Source: a virus. Taken from it: a stretch of 64,000 bases of DNA. Location: IMG/VR virus record IMGVR_UViG_3300046777_001793, positions 32,001 to 96,000 of that record; one strand, given 5' to 3'. Position 1 is the first letter of the stretch, and each line of letters starts with the position of its first letter. Of this stretch, positions 37,014-47,325 are shown one piece after another. The position numbers were made by a program, and so were the translations under genes. The notes beneath the pieces were generated by a model, which searched no databases, was not told the origin of the DNA, and saw only the letters and a list, made by a program, of their open reading frames with translations.

Positions 37014-37574
37014 ATGAAATTACAAAAAGAAGACGGTTATTATTACCTGATGGAAGAAGGTAATGATATTGCTATAGCAACAACAGATCAATCCTTTATT
37101 GATGAATTAGGTGCTATGAAACTATCCCAAGAAAACTGTGATGAGATATTTGGAGTTGTTGATGTTGAGAAGTTGGCTAAAGAAGAAGCTATTAAAATAT
37201 CTGAATCAGAAATAAGAGATGAAAAATTAGAAAGAATTTATAAAAGGGGCTTCAACAAAGCAATGGAACTTAATAAAGATAAGTTGTTTACTGTTGAGGA
37301 TATGAGGCAAGCTTATGATAACGGTATGGATAATATAGATGCAGATGGATGTGCAATTGATAATCCTGATGAGGATTTTTTTGATACGTTAAGATGTATT
37401 CAACAACCAAAAGAAATAGAGGTTGAGATTGATATGGAAAAATATGGCTATTGTGAAGGTTGTAGAAAAGCAGGAATGTGGCATTGTGCTCATGCAGATA
37501 CTTGTGGTTATGCAGAAACAAGAGAAAGGCCTAAACTTGATGAAAATGGTTGTTTAATACTTAAAAAGAAATAA
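37014..37574 (+). CDS. hypothetical phage protein
   Basis: GFNKAMEL...FTVEDM...PKLDENGCLILK with a CxxC insert. Confidence 0.6.
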   Translation: MKLQKEDGYYYLMEEGNDIAIATTDQSFIDELGAMKLSQENCDEIFGVVDVEKLAKEEAIKISESEIRDEKLERIYKRGFNKAMELNKDKLFTVEDMRQAYDNGMDNIDADGCAIDNPDEDFFDTLRCIQQPKEIEVEIDMEKYGYCEGCRKAGMWHCAHADTCGYAETRERPKLDENGCLILKKK

Positions 37575-37771
37575 GATGGAAAGTCCTGAACTAAAAGCTA
37601 AAAACTATCTACAGGAAACAGGTAAAGCATTACCTCCTGGAGATTGTAGTGAGTGTCATTACTTTAATTTTCCAAATAGATGTACTGCTTTATCAGAAGA
37701 AGGTATGAAAAGATGTAGAAAAAATGGCTACACAGCAGGGATGAGAAGTATTTACTTAAAAGAAAAATAAG

Positions 37772-38170
37772 ATGGAAGATCACTTTGTAAATTATAATCA
37801 AGCATTAGCTTTGAAGGAATTAGGCTTTGATGAACCTTGTATAGCTTTTTATAGTAAGCAACTATTAACCTTCCATACACATGGAATAGACCCTCACTTT
37901 ATTTTCAAAAGAAATACAGAATTGTGGAGTTCACCTTCAGCACCACTCAAATCACAAGTCTTCAAGTGGTTTAGAGATAAACATGGACTATATAGCTCTT
38001 ATGGTACAACAAATGATTTTGATGAAAAAATTAATGGTTATGTTATTAGTGTTTTCAATGATGGTGTAAGAAAAAAACTTCATATAAATTGGGAGGTTGG
38101 TACTTATGAAGAAGCTGAATCAGAGTGTATAGATAAGTTAATATCAATTATTAAAGAAAAGAAATCATGA
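37772..38170 (+). CDS. hypothetical phage protein
   Basis: ALALKELGFDEPC...APLKSQVFKWFRDKH...TYEEAE. Confidence 0.6.
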   Translation: MEDHFVNYNQALALKELGFDEPCIAFYSKQLLTFHTHGIDPHFIFKRNTELWSSPSAPLKSQVFKWFRDKHGLYSSYGTTNDFDEKINGYVISVFNDGVRKKLHINWEVGTYEEAESECIDKLISIIKEKKS

Positions 38171-38937
38171 AAAACATACACATACTTTCAACAGACCAAC
38201 CAAGTAGGTTACACTATTATGTATTCGGGTCTTGGTCTTTATCTAAAGAACCATTAAATTGGAGAACAGCAAGTTATATCTACATCACATCTGATGAAGA
38301 GATTAAAGAAAGCAATTGGTATCTTAATATAGAAGAAAAAAATGGTATAAAAAATCCATTTTATGGGAAACCATATAAAGCCAACCAATCTATATGTAAA
38401 GTTCCTTTAGATTATCTTGTAAACAATCTTAAAAAAATCATCATAACAACAGACCCAACTCTAATTGCAGATGGTATTCAAGCTATTGATGATGAGTTCT
38501 TGGAATGGTTTGTAAAGAATCCTACTTGTGAGTTTGTTGAAGTTCAAAAATGGACTAATTACAGTGAAGTAAAATACAAACTCATCATTCCACAAGAAGA
38601 ACCTAAACAAGATTGGTATTGCCCTAAATGTAAAAGTTATGTTAGTTCTGAAAGTGTAACATTTGAAGAAATACATCAAATATGTAATACAAGTGTTATT
38701 GTTAAGGAAGAACCTAAACAAGAAACATTAGAAGAAGCTGCTGAAAAATTAGCACCTAACTCATCTTGGCGGTTAGGTTTCATAGCCGGTGGTAAGCACA
38801 TGGCTGAAAAAATGTATAGTGAGGAAGAAGTATTAAATATATTACATGATTACAGGAATCACTTTGAACTTTACAGAAACATTCAAGTTCTCCCTGATAT
38901 GTTTTTTCCTTGGTTTGAACAATTTAAAAAGAAATAG
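38167..38937 (+). CDS. hypothetical phage protein
   Basis: MKNIHIL, KKIIITTD, KQETLEEAAE, MYSEEEV mosaic motifs. Confidence 0.6.
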   Translation: MKNIHILSTDQPSRLHYYVFGSWSLSKEPLNWRTASYIYITSDEEIKESNWYLNIEEKNGIKNPFYGKPYKANQSICKVPLDYLVNNLKKIIITTDPTLIADGIQAIDDEFLEWFVKNPTCEFVEVQKWTNYSEVKYKLIIPQEEPKQDWYCPKCKSYVSSESVTFEEIHQICNTSVIVKEEPKQETLEEAAEKLAPNSSWRLGFIAGGKHMAEKMYSEEEVLNILHDYRNHFELYRNIQVLPDMFFPWFEQFKKK

Positions 38938-38938
38938 T

Positions 38939-39376
38939 ATGAAATGGATAATTAAAAACATTTTTCAAATAATGTATTGGACTGCTTTTATAGCATATCT
39001 ACTAACCAAAGATATTTACTTTGCTATACTACAAATGACCATGCTTCTTGCTTGGTATTTTGATGGAAGATTAGGTAAAGTCTTTAACAATGAAGTCAAT
39101 GTAATAACTCAAAATGATTCTTTAACTAAGAAAATTGAAAACATTGAACAAAGCTTAGAAATGTTTAGACCTGAAAAAGTTGTTAAAGGAAATGAATTGA
39201 TATTCATATCACGTATTCATAAATTAGGATATGGTGTTGAAATAGTTAGCAACCATAAGATGCAAGACCTATATGGTAAAGATGATTTTCATATTAATAA
39301 TTTATCAATTAGTAGTGATACTTATATTGCATCAGGATTCTCAACATTTGTAGTTCAATTAAAACCTAAAGAATAA
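38939..39376 (+). CDS. membrane-anchored hypothetical protein
   Basis: Start reassigned to MKWIIK; two N-terminal hydrophobic segments. Confidence 0.55.
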   Translation: MKWIIKNIFQIMYWTAFIAYLLTKDIYFAILQMTMLLAWYFDGRLGKVFNNEVNVITQNDSLTKKIENIEQSLEMFRPEKVVKGNELIFISRIHKLGYGVEIVSNHKMQDLYGKDDFHINNLSISSDTYIASGFSTFVVQLKPKE

Positions 39377-40014
39377 AAACAATAAAGTTATGTTTAAAAT
39401 TTTAAGACCTACCTTATGGTTCTGTAAGAATGATGAGGTACTTGAATCTCAATTCAAAATCTATTTCTCTGAAAAAGGTATCAGAGAACTTATCAAGTAT
39501 GGTTTCATTGAACCTATACACAATGAAACCATTGCACATCAGCTTGAATTTGAAAAAAGAAAGTTTGAAATAATCAATACTTTTTGTGACAAAGTAATGA
39601 ACGCTAAAACTATTACTGAAAGAAAAAAAGTAATTGATAATGAATTAGGTTCTGCTATAGCAAAAATCAATCAATTAAAAGATTTATTGTGAGTACTCAA
39701 ATAAAAAAAGTAGGAGGTAAAATTTATATTGATGTTGAAATTGAAGAAGAAATTTCAACAGAGGATTTATTAGAACATGTCAGAATAGATGAAATTCTAG
39801 ATCATTTTGATCATAATGATTTATTAGAACGCATACCTAAACATACAATCAAACAATTTTTCATGGATAACATATCTATAACAGCTGAAGAAATGTTTGA
39901 AATGTATGGTGATAATGCAGGACTTAGACAAGAGTTTGCAAAGTATCTCCTCAAAGATTAACAAGTGGTGTGTTTTACTATCATCACATAACATTAACCC
40001 TAAACCCATTAGTT

Positions 40015-40296
40015 ATGGTATTACATGACACAGAATTAGTTGTTCAGTTTGAAAAGTATTCAAGCAACAACAAACCATGCATCACATTGTATGAAAAAGA
40101 AACAGGAGAACCTTATACAGTAGCTACTGTAAATGTTCCTGGTCTTGAAGACAATGAAGTTGCTATCAAAGATTATTCAGAAAATGAAGGTGTAATGCAA
40201 GCACTATTTATGGCTGGATACATTAGTGAACCGTTGAGAATGCAATCAAGTGGCTTTGTAAGCATTCCTATTTGCAAACTATTAAAAACAGAGTAA
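40015..40296 (+). CDS. DUF4313-like protein
   Basis: GEPYTVATVNV...IKDYSENEG...SGFVSIP. Confidence 0.55.
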   Translation: MVLHDTELVVQFEKYSSNNKPCITLYEKETGEPYTVATVNVPGLEDNEVAIKDYSENEGVMQALFMAGYISEPLRMQSSGFVSIPICKLLKTE

Positions 40297-40297
40297 A

Positions 40298-41248
40298 ATG
40301 CCTTATTTAATAACAGAAGAAAATCTTCCTGGGTTAAAAGACAATCTACAAGGTAGATTTATAAAAACTCATGAAAAAAGAGGTCCTTTAGTAGATATTT
40401 CAATAAAACCTCACAACCGTTTATTGTTACAATTTGCGTGTGATTCTGTATATACAGAAGACAACTCAATAACTCCTTTAGATGATGAAATTGCAGAAGT
40501 TTTATTTCTATTAGGTAAAAAAGTAACAGCTGTTAAGCCTGATTTTACTGATGAAGATTGGGAAATAGTAGGCATAGATGATGACATGAACTACCACGTA
40601 GGAGTTCAATCAGAAGTCAAAAGGGTTGATTTTGTTGAAGGTGTTATATCAGTAGAATTAGAAAATGGATTTTGGTATCCAGTAAGTGCATTAGAAGATA
40701 GTGACACTTCAGATAACTGTAGATATGCTATAAACAAATTCTATATGCCTATTCCTAGTGAAGGATGGATTACAGAATGTTACAAAGTAGCGGACACTAT
40801 TTTTGTAAAGACTATGATGGGTAATTGGTTTGCTCATAGTTCTAATAATGCATTTTTCTACACAGATATAGTTCCTGAATGGTTGCGTGCTGATTCTTAT
40901 GTAGTTTTGTTACATGATTGTAGCGAGAAAAACAACTCATGGCTTTATTCAATGCCAAAAAATCATGTTTACAAATTAAGAGAAGATGCTAACAGATTTA
41001 ACTTTATGATTTGTGCAGATATAAATGGAAGCACAACAAATGGTTGGTATATATTAAATCCTGCTATTTCAAGCGGTTATCTAAAACTTAGACCAGCATA
41101 TCCTAAAGAAATAGCCGCATACAATGCAGAAAATTGTCCTGTATCTGTTGTGGATTATATTGAAACTTTTACAGAAAATACTGATGTAGTAGAAGAAAAA
41201 GTTGTAGAAATTAAAACAAAAAGAATATCTTCAAAAAATTATTTATAA
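40298..41248 (+). CDS. hypothetical protein
   Basis: 316 aa ORF. Confidence 0.65.
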   Translation: MPYLITEENLPGLKDNLQGRFIKTHEKRGPLVDISIKPHNRLLLQFACDSVYTEDNSITPLDDEIAEVLFLLGKKVTAVKPDFTDEDWEIVGIDDDMNYHVGVQSEVKRVDFVEGVISVELENGFWYPVSALEDSDTSDNCRYAINKFYMPIPSEGWITECYKVADTIFVKTMMGNWFAHSSNNAFFYTDIVPEWLRADSYVVLLHDCSEKNNSWLYSMPKNHVYKLREDANRFNFMICADINGSTTNGWYILNPAISSGYLKLRPAYPKEIAAYNAENCPVSVVDYIETFTENTDVVEEKVVEIKTKRISSKNYL

Positions 41249-41268
41249 ACCTTTAACACAAAATAAAA

Positions 41269-41802
41269 ATGGGAAGACCAAGAAAAACAACCACAGAACC
41301 TATAGAGCAAAAGATTGAAACAGGTGCTGATCATGACATAAATAAAGCAGATGCTGCAACAAGACCTGAATTACCAAAGTACCATGAGTTCATATCATCT
41401 GTAAACAAAAGACAAGGTATGACTTCATTTGAAAAGATTGAAGAGTTTGCTAAAGCATTAGTGGTAAAATGGAAAAGAGAGCAAGACAAAATCAGAAATA
41501 GATTTGCTGCATTAAATGTAGAATGTTCAGAAGAACTAGATCTATTAGACGAAAAGATTACAGATGCTAAATCAGATCTTGATGGTGCATGGTATGACAT
41601 TCCAGAATCAGCTTTAGCAACAAAAGAATCTCAAAGAACATTCATGGTTACTTATGAGAATAACATTGACTCTAAGTTGTTAAAGCTTACAAATCTTGAA
41701 TCTCAAAAACAAAAGACTATCAACAATTATGAAGAAAAGTTGAGAGAGTTAGTAGAAGAGATTGAAGAGCTTGAGAGAAGGATTTATAAAGTTTCAAAAT
41801 AG
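41269..41802 (+). CDS. coiled-coil protein with N-terminal GRPRK AT-hook-like motif
   Basis: MGRPRK start; terminator at 41812-41838 follows. Confidence 0.6.
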   Translation: MGRPRKTTTEPIEQKIETGADHDINKADAATRPELPKYHEFISSVNKRQGMTSFEKIEEFAKALVVKWKREQDKIRNRFAALNVECSEELDLLDEKITDAKSDLDGAWYDIPESALATKESQRTFMVTYENNIDSKLLKLTNLESQKQKTINNYEEKLRELVEEIEELERRIYKVSK

Positions 41803-41845
41803 ATTATTAACTGGGGAGTTAAACTCCCCATTTTTTTATATCAAA

Positions 41846-42280
41846 ATGAAAAAATCAACATTAAAAACAATTGAAAAAGTTGGTTTGACAATCTCTATTA
41901 TGGGTTTATTTTTACTTGCATTGAGATTATTAAGCAATGTTATTGAAAAGAATCCTTGGGATGAAAATGTATTCTTTAGTACAACAATAATAATAATTGG
42001 TTTATTAATCATAGGTTTTGTAACATGGTATAATATCTTGTTCAAGAAACATATTATCATTGACAAAGAACAAATCAACACCATGATATGTCAAATCAGA
42101 TTTACAGCTGAAGATAGTTCAATCAAAACAAATAGATTGTACACATCAGAATATTGTGATCCTGAACATGAGTGGATAGATGCTTTACTTAAATTTATTG
42201 AAGTTCAAAAAAAAGAAATACAAAAAGAACACAAAAAGAATTTTGCTTTTGAAATAACAGTATTCCACAAAAACTTTTAA
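41846..42280 (+). CDS. two-TM membrane protein
   Basis: Start reassigned to MKKSTLK. Confidence 0.55.
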   Translation: MKKSTLKTIEKVGLTISIMGLFLLALRLLSNVIEKNPWDENVFFSTTIIIIGLLIIGFVTWYNILFKKHIIIDKEQINTMICQIRFTAEDSSIKTNRLYTSEYCDPEHEWIDALLKFIEVQKKEIQKEHKKNFAFEITVFHKNF

Positions 42281-42281
42281 C

Positions 42282-42626
42282 ATGAAAAAAATTTTTTTTA
42301 TAAGTATAATCTTACTTATTGCATCATGCCAAGAACAAGACATAAAAGGATATGTAGTTTATAAAAAACACATTCCAAAACACATGTGTCATGATGAAGA
42401 TGTAAAAATAGTTACAGAAGCAGGAATGACACCAATAGTAGTTCCACATACAACTCATACACATCATCATTCAGAACAAGCCCCAACATGGGAAATTTAT
42501 GTTTCAAATTCTTATGGTACAACAAAAGTTTCTGTAACTGAAAATTGTTACAATTCTTTTCATGTAACTGATAAAGTTCATGTATATGGCAATCATGTAG
42601 AATTAATTAAAAAAGGTTGCAGATAA
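42282..42626 (+). CDS. lipoprotein with His-rich loop
   Basis: MKKIFFISIILLIASC lipobox; HTTHTHHH. Confidence 0.6.
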   Translation: MKKIFFISIILLIASCQEQDIKGYVVYKKHIPKHMCHDEDVKIVTEAGMTPIVVPHTTHTHHHSEQAPTWEIYVSNSYGTTKVSVTENCYNSFHVTDKVHVYGNHVELIKKGCR

Positions 42627-42787
42627 TGAAAAAAGTTGTTTGTATTGTACCATTTCCAGGTATGTTTACAAAAGATAAAGAGTATTCTGTAATAAAAAAT
42701 TTACCTAACAACAGCTACCTTATCAAGTGTAATACTAATGAGGTAGTTAAAGTTAGTAAAGATAGGTTTTATTTAAAAAAATAATCC

Positions 42788-43252
42788 ATGGAAAAAAGAT
42801 TTACAGTTTGGGTAGGTGGCTTTGAAGTAAATGACCACTACCTAACACAACAAGAAGCTGAAGATTTAAAAAGAGAATATGTTGAGAAAGGATATGATGA
42901 TGCAATAATTGAATCAAAAAAAAAAGGTTTAATCAAAGCATCAGTTTTTGTTAAATGGTTTTATTCAGATGAATCTGATACAAAAGATTTAGGTAGTGAT
43001 GCAGTTTTTAATATAAAAACAAACGGATACTTCAACCTAACAGTAAAAGAAGTATTTGATAGTTGTGGATATATTCCTGCGCACATCTGTGATTTATTTC
43101 CAGGAGAAGAAGCAGATGAAGATGATGATGTTCCGCCTAATGAATTAATATTCATTGATGACATTACTAAGGTTGGTACTTGTCATAAGTGTCATCAACA
43201 ATACACAGGTGATGTAGATTATTGTCCTAATTGTAGAGCTTGTGTTGCCTGA
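42788..43252 (+). CDS. hypothetical protein with C-terminal zinc ribbon
   Basis: VWVGGFEVNDHYLT; CHKC...YCPNC. Confidence 0.55.
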   Translation: MEKRFTVWVGGFEVNDHYLTQQEAEDLKREYVEKGYDDAIIESKKKGLIKASVFVKWFYSDESDTKDLGSDAVFNIKTNGYFNLTVKEVFDSCGYIPAHICDLFPGEEADEDDDVPPNELIFIDDITKVGTCHKCHQQYTGDVDYCPNCRACVA

Positions 43253-43483
43253 ATGGTATGATAAGGTGGCTTTAACAACAGAGAACAAGAAATTTATCAT
43301 GGTATATTACAATGATTATAAAGCTCAATACAGATGGGAAATTGATCTTACATCTGAAGAGTTTAGATATTTATTACAGTACACCAGTGAGAAATTAAAA
43401 TTAGTTTTTGAAAGAGAAGACTTTCCTTATCAAAGAATAAAAGATTATTACAGAAGAAACTTAGCTTATATAAGATTAAGATT

Positions 43484-43936
43484 ATGAAAAAAGGTGATAT
43501 ATTAATTGCCATTGATCCATGTGTAATGGATGATGGTGAAGTAGCATTAACTATTGGTAAAGAATATAAAGTAATCAGTTCATTAGTAAATGGAATATTG
43601 ATTATAGATGATTCAGGTAGCCAACATAGTTATGACTATAATGACATTCCTAATTTCTTTATTACAAAAGTAGATGACTATGAAGTTCTAATTGGAAACA
43701 TCAAGAAAGATGTTTGGAAAAGAATATTATTGTTACCAAATGATGTAACCAAAAACATTATCAATATGCAAGAAAGAGCTATCCTTGACAACGGAGATGC
43801 TTATCATTTCTACATTAAAGATAATGAACTGATAGATGATATATATCAAAAGTCTGTAAGCTTAACTGATATATGTATTGAAGATTTGATTTATTTGCTA
43901 GAGCAATGGCAAGAACTTTTAAATAAAGAACAATGA
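43484..43936 (+). CDS. hypothetical protein
   Basis: LTIGKEYKV SH3-like motif. Confidence 0.55.
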   Translation: MKKGDILIAIDPCVMDDGEVALTIGKEYKVISSLVNGILIIDDSGSQHSYDYNDIPNFFITKVDDYEVLIGNIKKDVWKRILLLPNDVTKNIINMQERAILDNGDAYHFYIKDNELIDDIYQKSVSLTDICIEDLIYLLEQWQELLNKEQ

Positions 43937-44805
43937 AGTTAAATAACAAAAACATCACAGCAAAAATCATTGCAGACAGTATCAATCCTGTAGGAAATAG
44001 GATAACTTCAATGATACTTACAATGCCACGTATAGTATTGGCAGAGTTTAATACTCACAGAGCATTAAGTAGAAACTCTGCATCAAGTAGAGCAATACCA
44101 TTCCGTAAAATGGTACAACAAGTAATGGATAACCCATTTATTCCTACAGCTTGGCAGAAAGACCATTCAGGAATGCAAGGTATAGAGTATTTTACAGAAG
44201 AAGAAGTAATTGCATTAGGTTTAGAAAAGCATTGGCTTGATGCAAGAAACTATGCGGTACATAGAGCAACTGAAATGAATGAAAGAGGTTTAACAAAACA
44301 AATATGCAATAGATTGCTTGAACCTTTTATGATGCATACAATTATTGCTACAGCTACAGAATGGGAAAACTTTATTGCATTAAGAGCTAACCCTGAAGCA
44401 GAGATTCATATTCAAGATGCAGCATATAAAGTTCTTGATGCTTTAAATAAATCAACACCTACATTATTACAGCCTGGTATGTATCATATTCCATTTGGTG
44501 ATATGATAGATGAAGATAGAGTCAAAGAGTTGTTTCCTAATCAAGATATTTCTCTTATCAAAATGAAAATTTCATTGGCAAGATGTGCACGTGTGTCATA
44601 CCTTAACTTTGAAGGTAAGGATGATTATGTTGCTGATGTCAAACTATTTGATAGATTAAGAGAATCAGGTCACATGTCACCATTTGAACACGCTGCTCAA
44701 TGTTTAAGTTTTCCTAGTCAAAGTGGAAACTTTATAGGTTGGTTACAATTTAGAAAAGAATTACCAAATGAAAACAGAAGAGAAGAAAGACTCATCAAAA
44801 AATAA
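43933..44805 (+). CDS. thyX: FAD-dependent thymidylate synthase (ThyX-like)
   Basis: AEFNTHRALSRNSASSR, KQICNRLLEPF, NFIALR, ARCARVSY, HMSPFEH. Confidence 0.8.
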   Translation: MKLNNKNITAKIIADSINPVGNRITSMILTMPRIVLAEFNTHRALSRNSASSRAIPFRKMVQQVMDNPFIPTAWQKDHSGMQGIEYFTEEEVIALGLEKHWLDARNYAVHRATEMNERGLTKQICNRLLEPFMMHTIIATATEWENFIALRANPEAEIHIQDAAYKVLDALNKSTPTLLQPGMYHIPFGDMIDEDRVKELFPNQDISLIKMKISLARCARVSYLNFEGKDDYVADVKLFDRLRESGHMSPFEHAAQCLSFPSQSGNFIGWLQFRKELPNENRREERLIKK

Positions 44806-45045
44806 AAAGGTAGAAGTTGATCCGCAGTCCACTAATAAAAGGATTGCGGAACTTCTATTAAAGTTTAACAAAGAAATGTTTAAAGAAAAAGATGGCGGAG
44901 GAAGTTTTGAACCTGGAAGAAAGTCCTAAAGACTATACAGTAAAAAAGAATATTATATTCTTTGGAGAAGATGAAAAAGTATCATTAGATGATATGAGAA
45001 AAGTATTCACATTGGAAGCAATAGCTACCTTAATTAAAAATAATT

Positions 45046-45630
45046 ATGTACAAAGGGATAATACCGGAATCAAGAAACAGCATTAAAGATAATGCTTTTA
45101 GATTAATATTCTTATATGTTTTTACATTTGGAGTAATAGCAGTATTGTTAATTTCAGGGATTGTAAATGAAACAAGACATCAGCAATCAAACAATCAAGT
45201 AACAATACCTATAGTAAAAGACACAACAAAAGTTGATACATCTATCTACTTTAAAGTGTACAGTTTTATAAATGAAGTAGGTATTAAATACCCTGATTTA
45301 GTATTTGCTAAAGCTGTATTAGAATCAGGTCACTTCAAAAGTAAATTGTTCTTAAACAAAAACAATTTATTTGGAATGAAAAAGGCAATGAGAAGATCTA
45401 CATTAGGCCAAGGTAATGCAAATGAATATGCTTATTTCAAATCAATTGAAGAATCTATAATTGATTATAAGCTATACCAAATGTTATTCATAGATGAAGT
45501 TTCCAGCAAAGAAGAATATTTAAGGCTAATAGCTAAATCATATTCAGGAAATAAAAATTATGAAACATTAGTATTACAAGTGTTAGATTCTTTAAAAGAA
45601 AAGTATAAATGGATAAAGACAAAAAGTTAA
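45046..45630 (+). CDS. membrane-anchored glucosaminidase (GH73-like)
   Basis: N-terminal TM; AKAVLESG, NNLFGMK, YAYFKSIEESI. Confidence 0.75.
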   Translation: MYKGIIPESRNSIKDNAFRLIFLYVFTFGVIAVLLISGIVNETRHQQSNNQVTIPIVKDTTKVDTSIYFKVYSFINEVGIKYPDLVFAKAVLESGHFKSKLFLNKNNLFGMKKAMRRSTLGQGNANEYAYFKSIEESIIDYKLYQMLFIDEVSSKEEYLRLIAKSYSGNKNYETLVLQVLDSLKEKYKWIKTKS

Positions 45631-45795
45631 TTATCTTATTACTGTTTTGTATTGCAAGTACATACTTGTGTGCATACATAATCAATCTTTTAAAAAATGA
45701 ACTAGGATCATTCCTATCTATGTTATTATTTGTTATTGTCTTAATGATAACAGCAGTATTAACATTCATTGTTTCATCTAATTCAATTAACAAGC

Positions 45796-46218
45796 ATGAA
45801 AAAAGAACAAGAAAGTGAATTATTTGCTAGAGCATTCCTATCAATGTCAAAAAAAAAGCAAACAGAATTTCTTATGAATCTGTTTGAAACAAACAATACA
45901 TCAACAAAACTTGTTGATTATGTGTTATATAAACCGTTAGAGTCTAATTATGGTTTACGTGTAGGTGAGTATGGTTTACTAGAATTAAATGCTAGCATTT
46001 ATCCATCAATTAATAAACAATATTATGTTGATAAAGACTTAGTGATTGACCATGATAAAATTAAAGTAAAAATTGAACGTATTAATGTGTTTGATGCGTA
46101 TCTTTGGGTTGAAATTTACACAAATAACAACAAAAAAGAATTGGTAAGTGTATATGAAAGCTATATAAAACCTTTACCAACACTTGATGAAGTTATAAGT
46201 GAAGCATTTGATTTTTAA
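45796..46218 (+). CDS. hypothetical protein
   Basis: Probable start MKKEQES. Confidence 0.5.
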   Translation: MKKEQESELFARAFLSMSKKKQTEFLMNLFETNNTSTKLVDYVLYKPLESNYGLRVGEYGLLELNASIYPSINKQYYVDKDLVIDHDKIKVKIERINVFDAYLWVEIYTNNNKKELVSVYESYIKPLPTLDEVISEAFDF

Positions 46219-46443
46219 ATGATCTATCAACTTCCTAATGGCAAAACAATTAATATAAGTATGGAAGCATATCTGAATATGTCAGATGATGATTTTAAGT
46301 ATCTTAATGAAATGAACATAGGAAGTTCAAATGTTGACAACCCTTTCATCAGTCCTGATGAATTAGAAAATTTAGATTTAATCATTGATGATGATGACAT
46401 CTTAGATATAGACAGTATAGACATAGAACCTGTCGAAGATTAA
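46219..46443 (+). CDS. small acidic protein
   Basis: MIYQLPNGK start; very Asp-rich tail. Confidence 0.6.
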   Translation: MIYQLPNGKTINISMEAYLNMSDDDFKYLNEMNIGSSNVDNPFISPDELENLDLIIDDDDILDIDSIDIEPVED

Positions 46444-46468
46444 TTAACCCCTTATTAAAATTATTTTT

Positions 46469-46924
46469 ATGAAAGCTGAAATATACAACAGCTTACAGGA
46501 ATTGGAATATTCTGGTAAGTTAGCTCACAAACAATTTAAAAGTTCAAGCATTGTAAAATATGAAACTTTATCTATAGTTCAGAATGAGCTATACAAAAGA
46601 TGTCTTATTGGTTTAGAGTTTTACTCACCACAAGAACTATACTTTATGAACTCTGCTAAAAAAGCAAAGATCACTAAAAGACACAGAGTAGTTCAAGACC
46701 ATCTTAATCTATGGAAACAAGAGTTAACAAATGGAGCAGTAAACAAACTGTTAAAAACATTGTTTCCAAAATCTGACTGTATTGTATCTATCATAAACAA
46801 TAATGATACAGATAAGACCTTTAAAAATACTTTAACTTTTAAAGATTTAGGTATATCAAAATCACAAATAATTGATAGATTAATTGAATATAAATTTCTT
46901 CCTAATAACTTTGCATCATTATGA
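46469..46924 (+). CDS. hypothetical protein
   Basis: TLTFKDLGISKSQII...LP.NF. Confidence 0.6.
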   Translation: MKAEIYNSLQELEYSGKLAHKQFKSSSIVKYETLSIVQNELYKRCLIGLEFYSPQELYFMNSAKKAKITKRHRVVQDHLNLWKQELTNGAVNKLLKTLFPKSDCIVSIINNNDTDKTFKNTLTFKDLGISKSQIIDRLIEYKFLPNNFASL

Positions 46925-47322
46925 TGGGGAAAACAAAACTTTGCAACGGATGTCAACGTGATAAGTACATCTACAAAAATGTAACTATTGATGGTGTCCG
47001 TTGCAGGTTTTGTAAAGAATGTGCTTTAAATCCAAAAGTAAATATTACTCTTACACCTACTCAAATAAAAAAGAAAAGTGATAAGAAAGTAATTGAAGAT
47101 AGATTGTATTCTATACTTAGAAAGAAACACATGGAAGAGTTTCCGCTATGTCAAGCTAAATTACCTGTATGCACTAATGTTGCTGTTGATATACATCACA
47201 CAGCAAAAAGAGGAGTTAACACTAACAATGTTTCTACTTGGATTAGTGTATGCAGAGCTTGCCATAATTGGATACACTTTGTAGATCCAGCACAAGCAAG
47301 AGAATTAGGATTATTAAAATAA
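46921..47322 (+). CDS. HNH endonuclease-like zinc-binding protein
   Basis: DIHH...N...VCRACHNWIH. Confidence 0.7.
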   Translation: MMGKTKLCNGCQRDKYIYKNVTIDGVRCRFCKECALNPKVNITLTPTQIKKKSDKKVIEDRLYSILRKKHMEEFPLCQAKLPVCTNVAVDIHHTAKRGVNTNNVSTWISVCRACHNWIHFVDPAQARELGLLK

Positions 47323-47325
47323 CTT

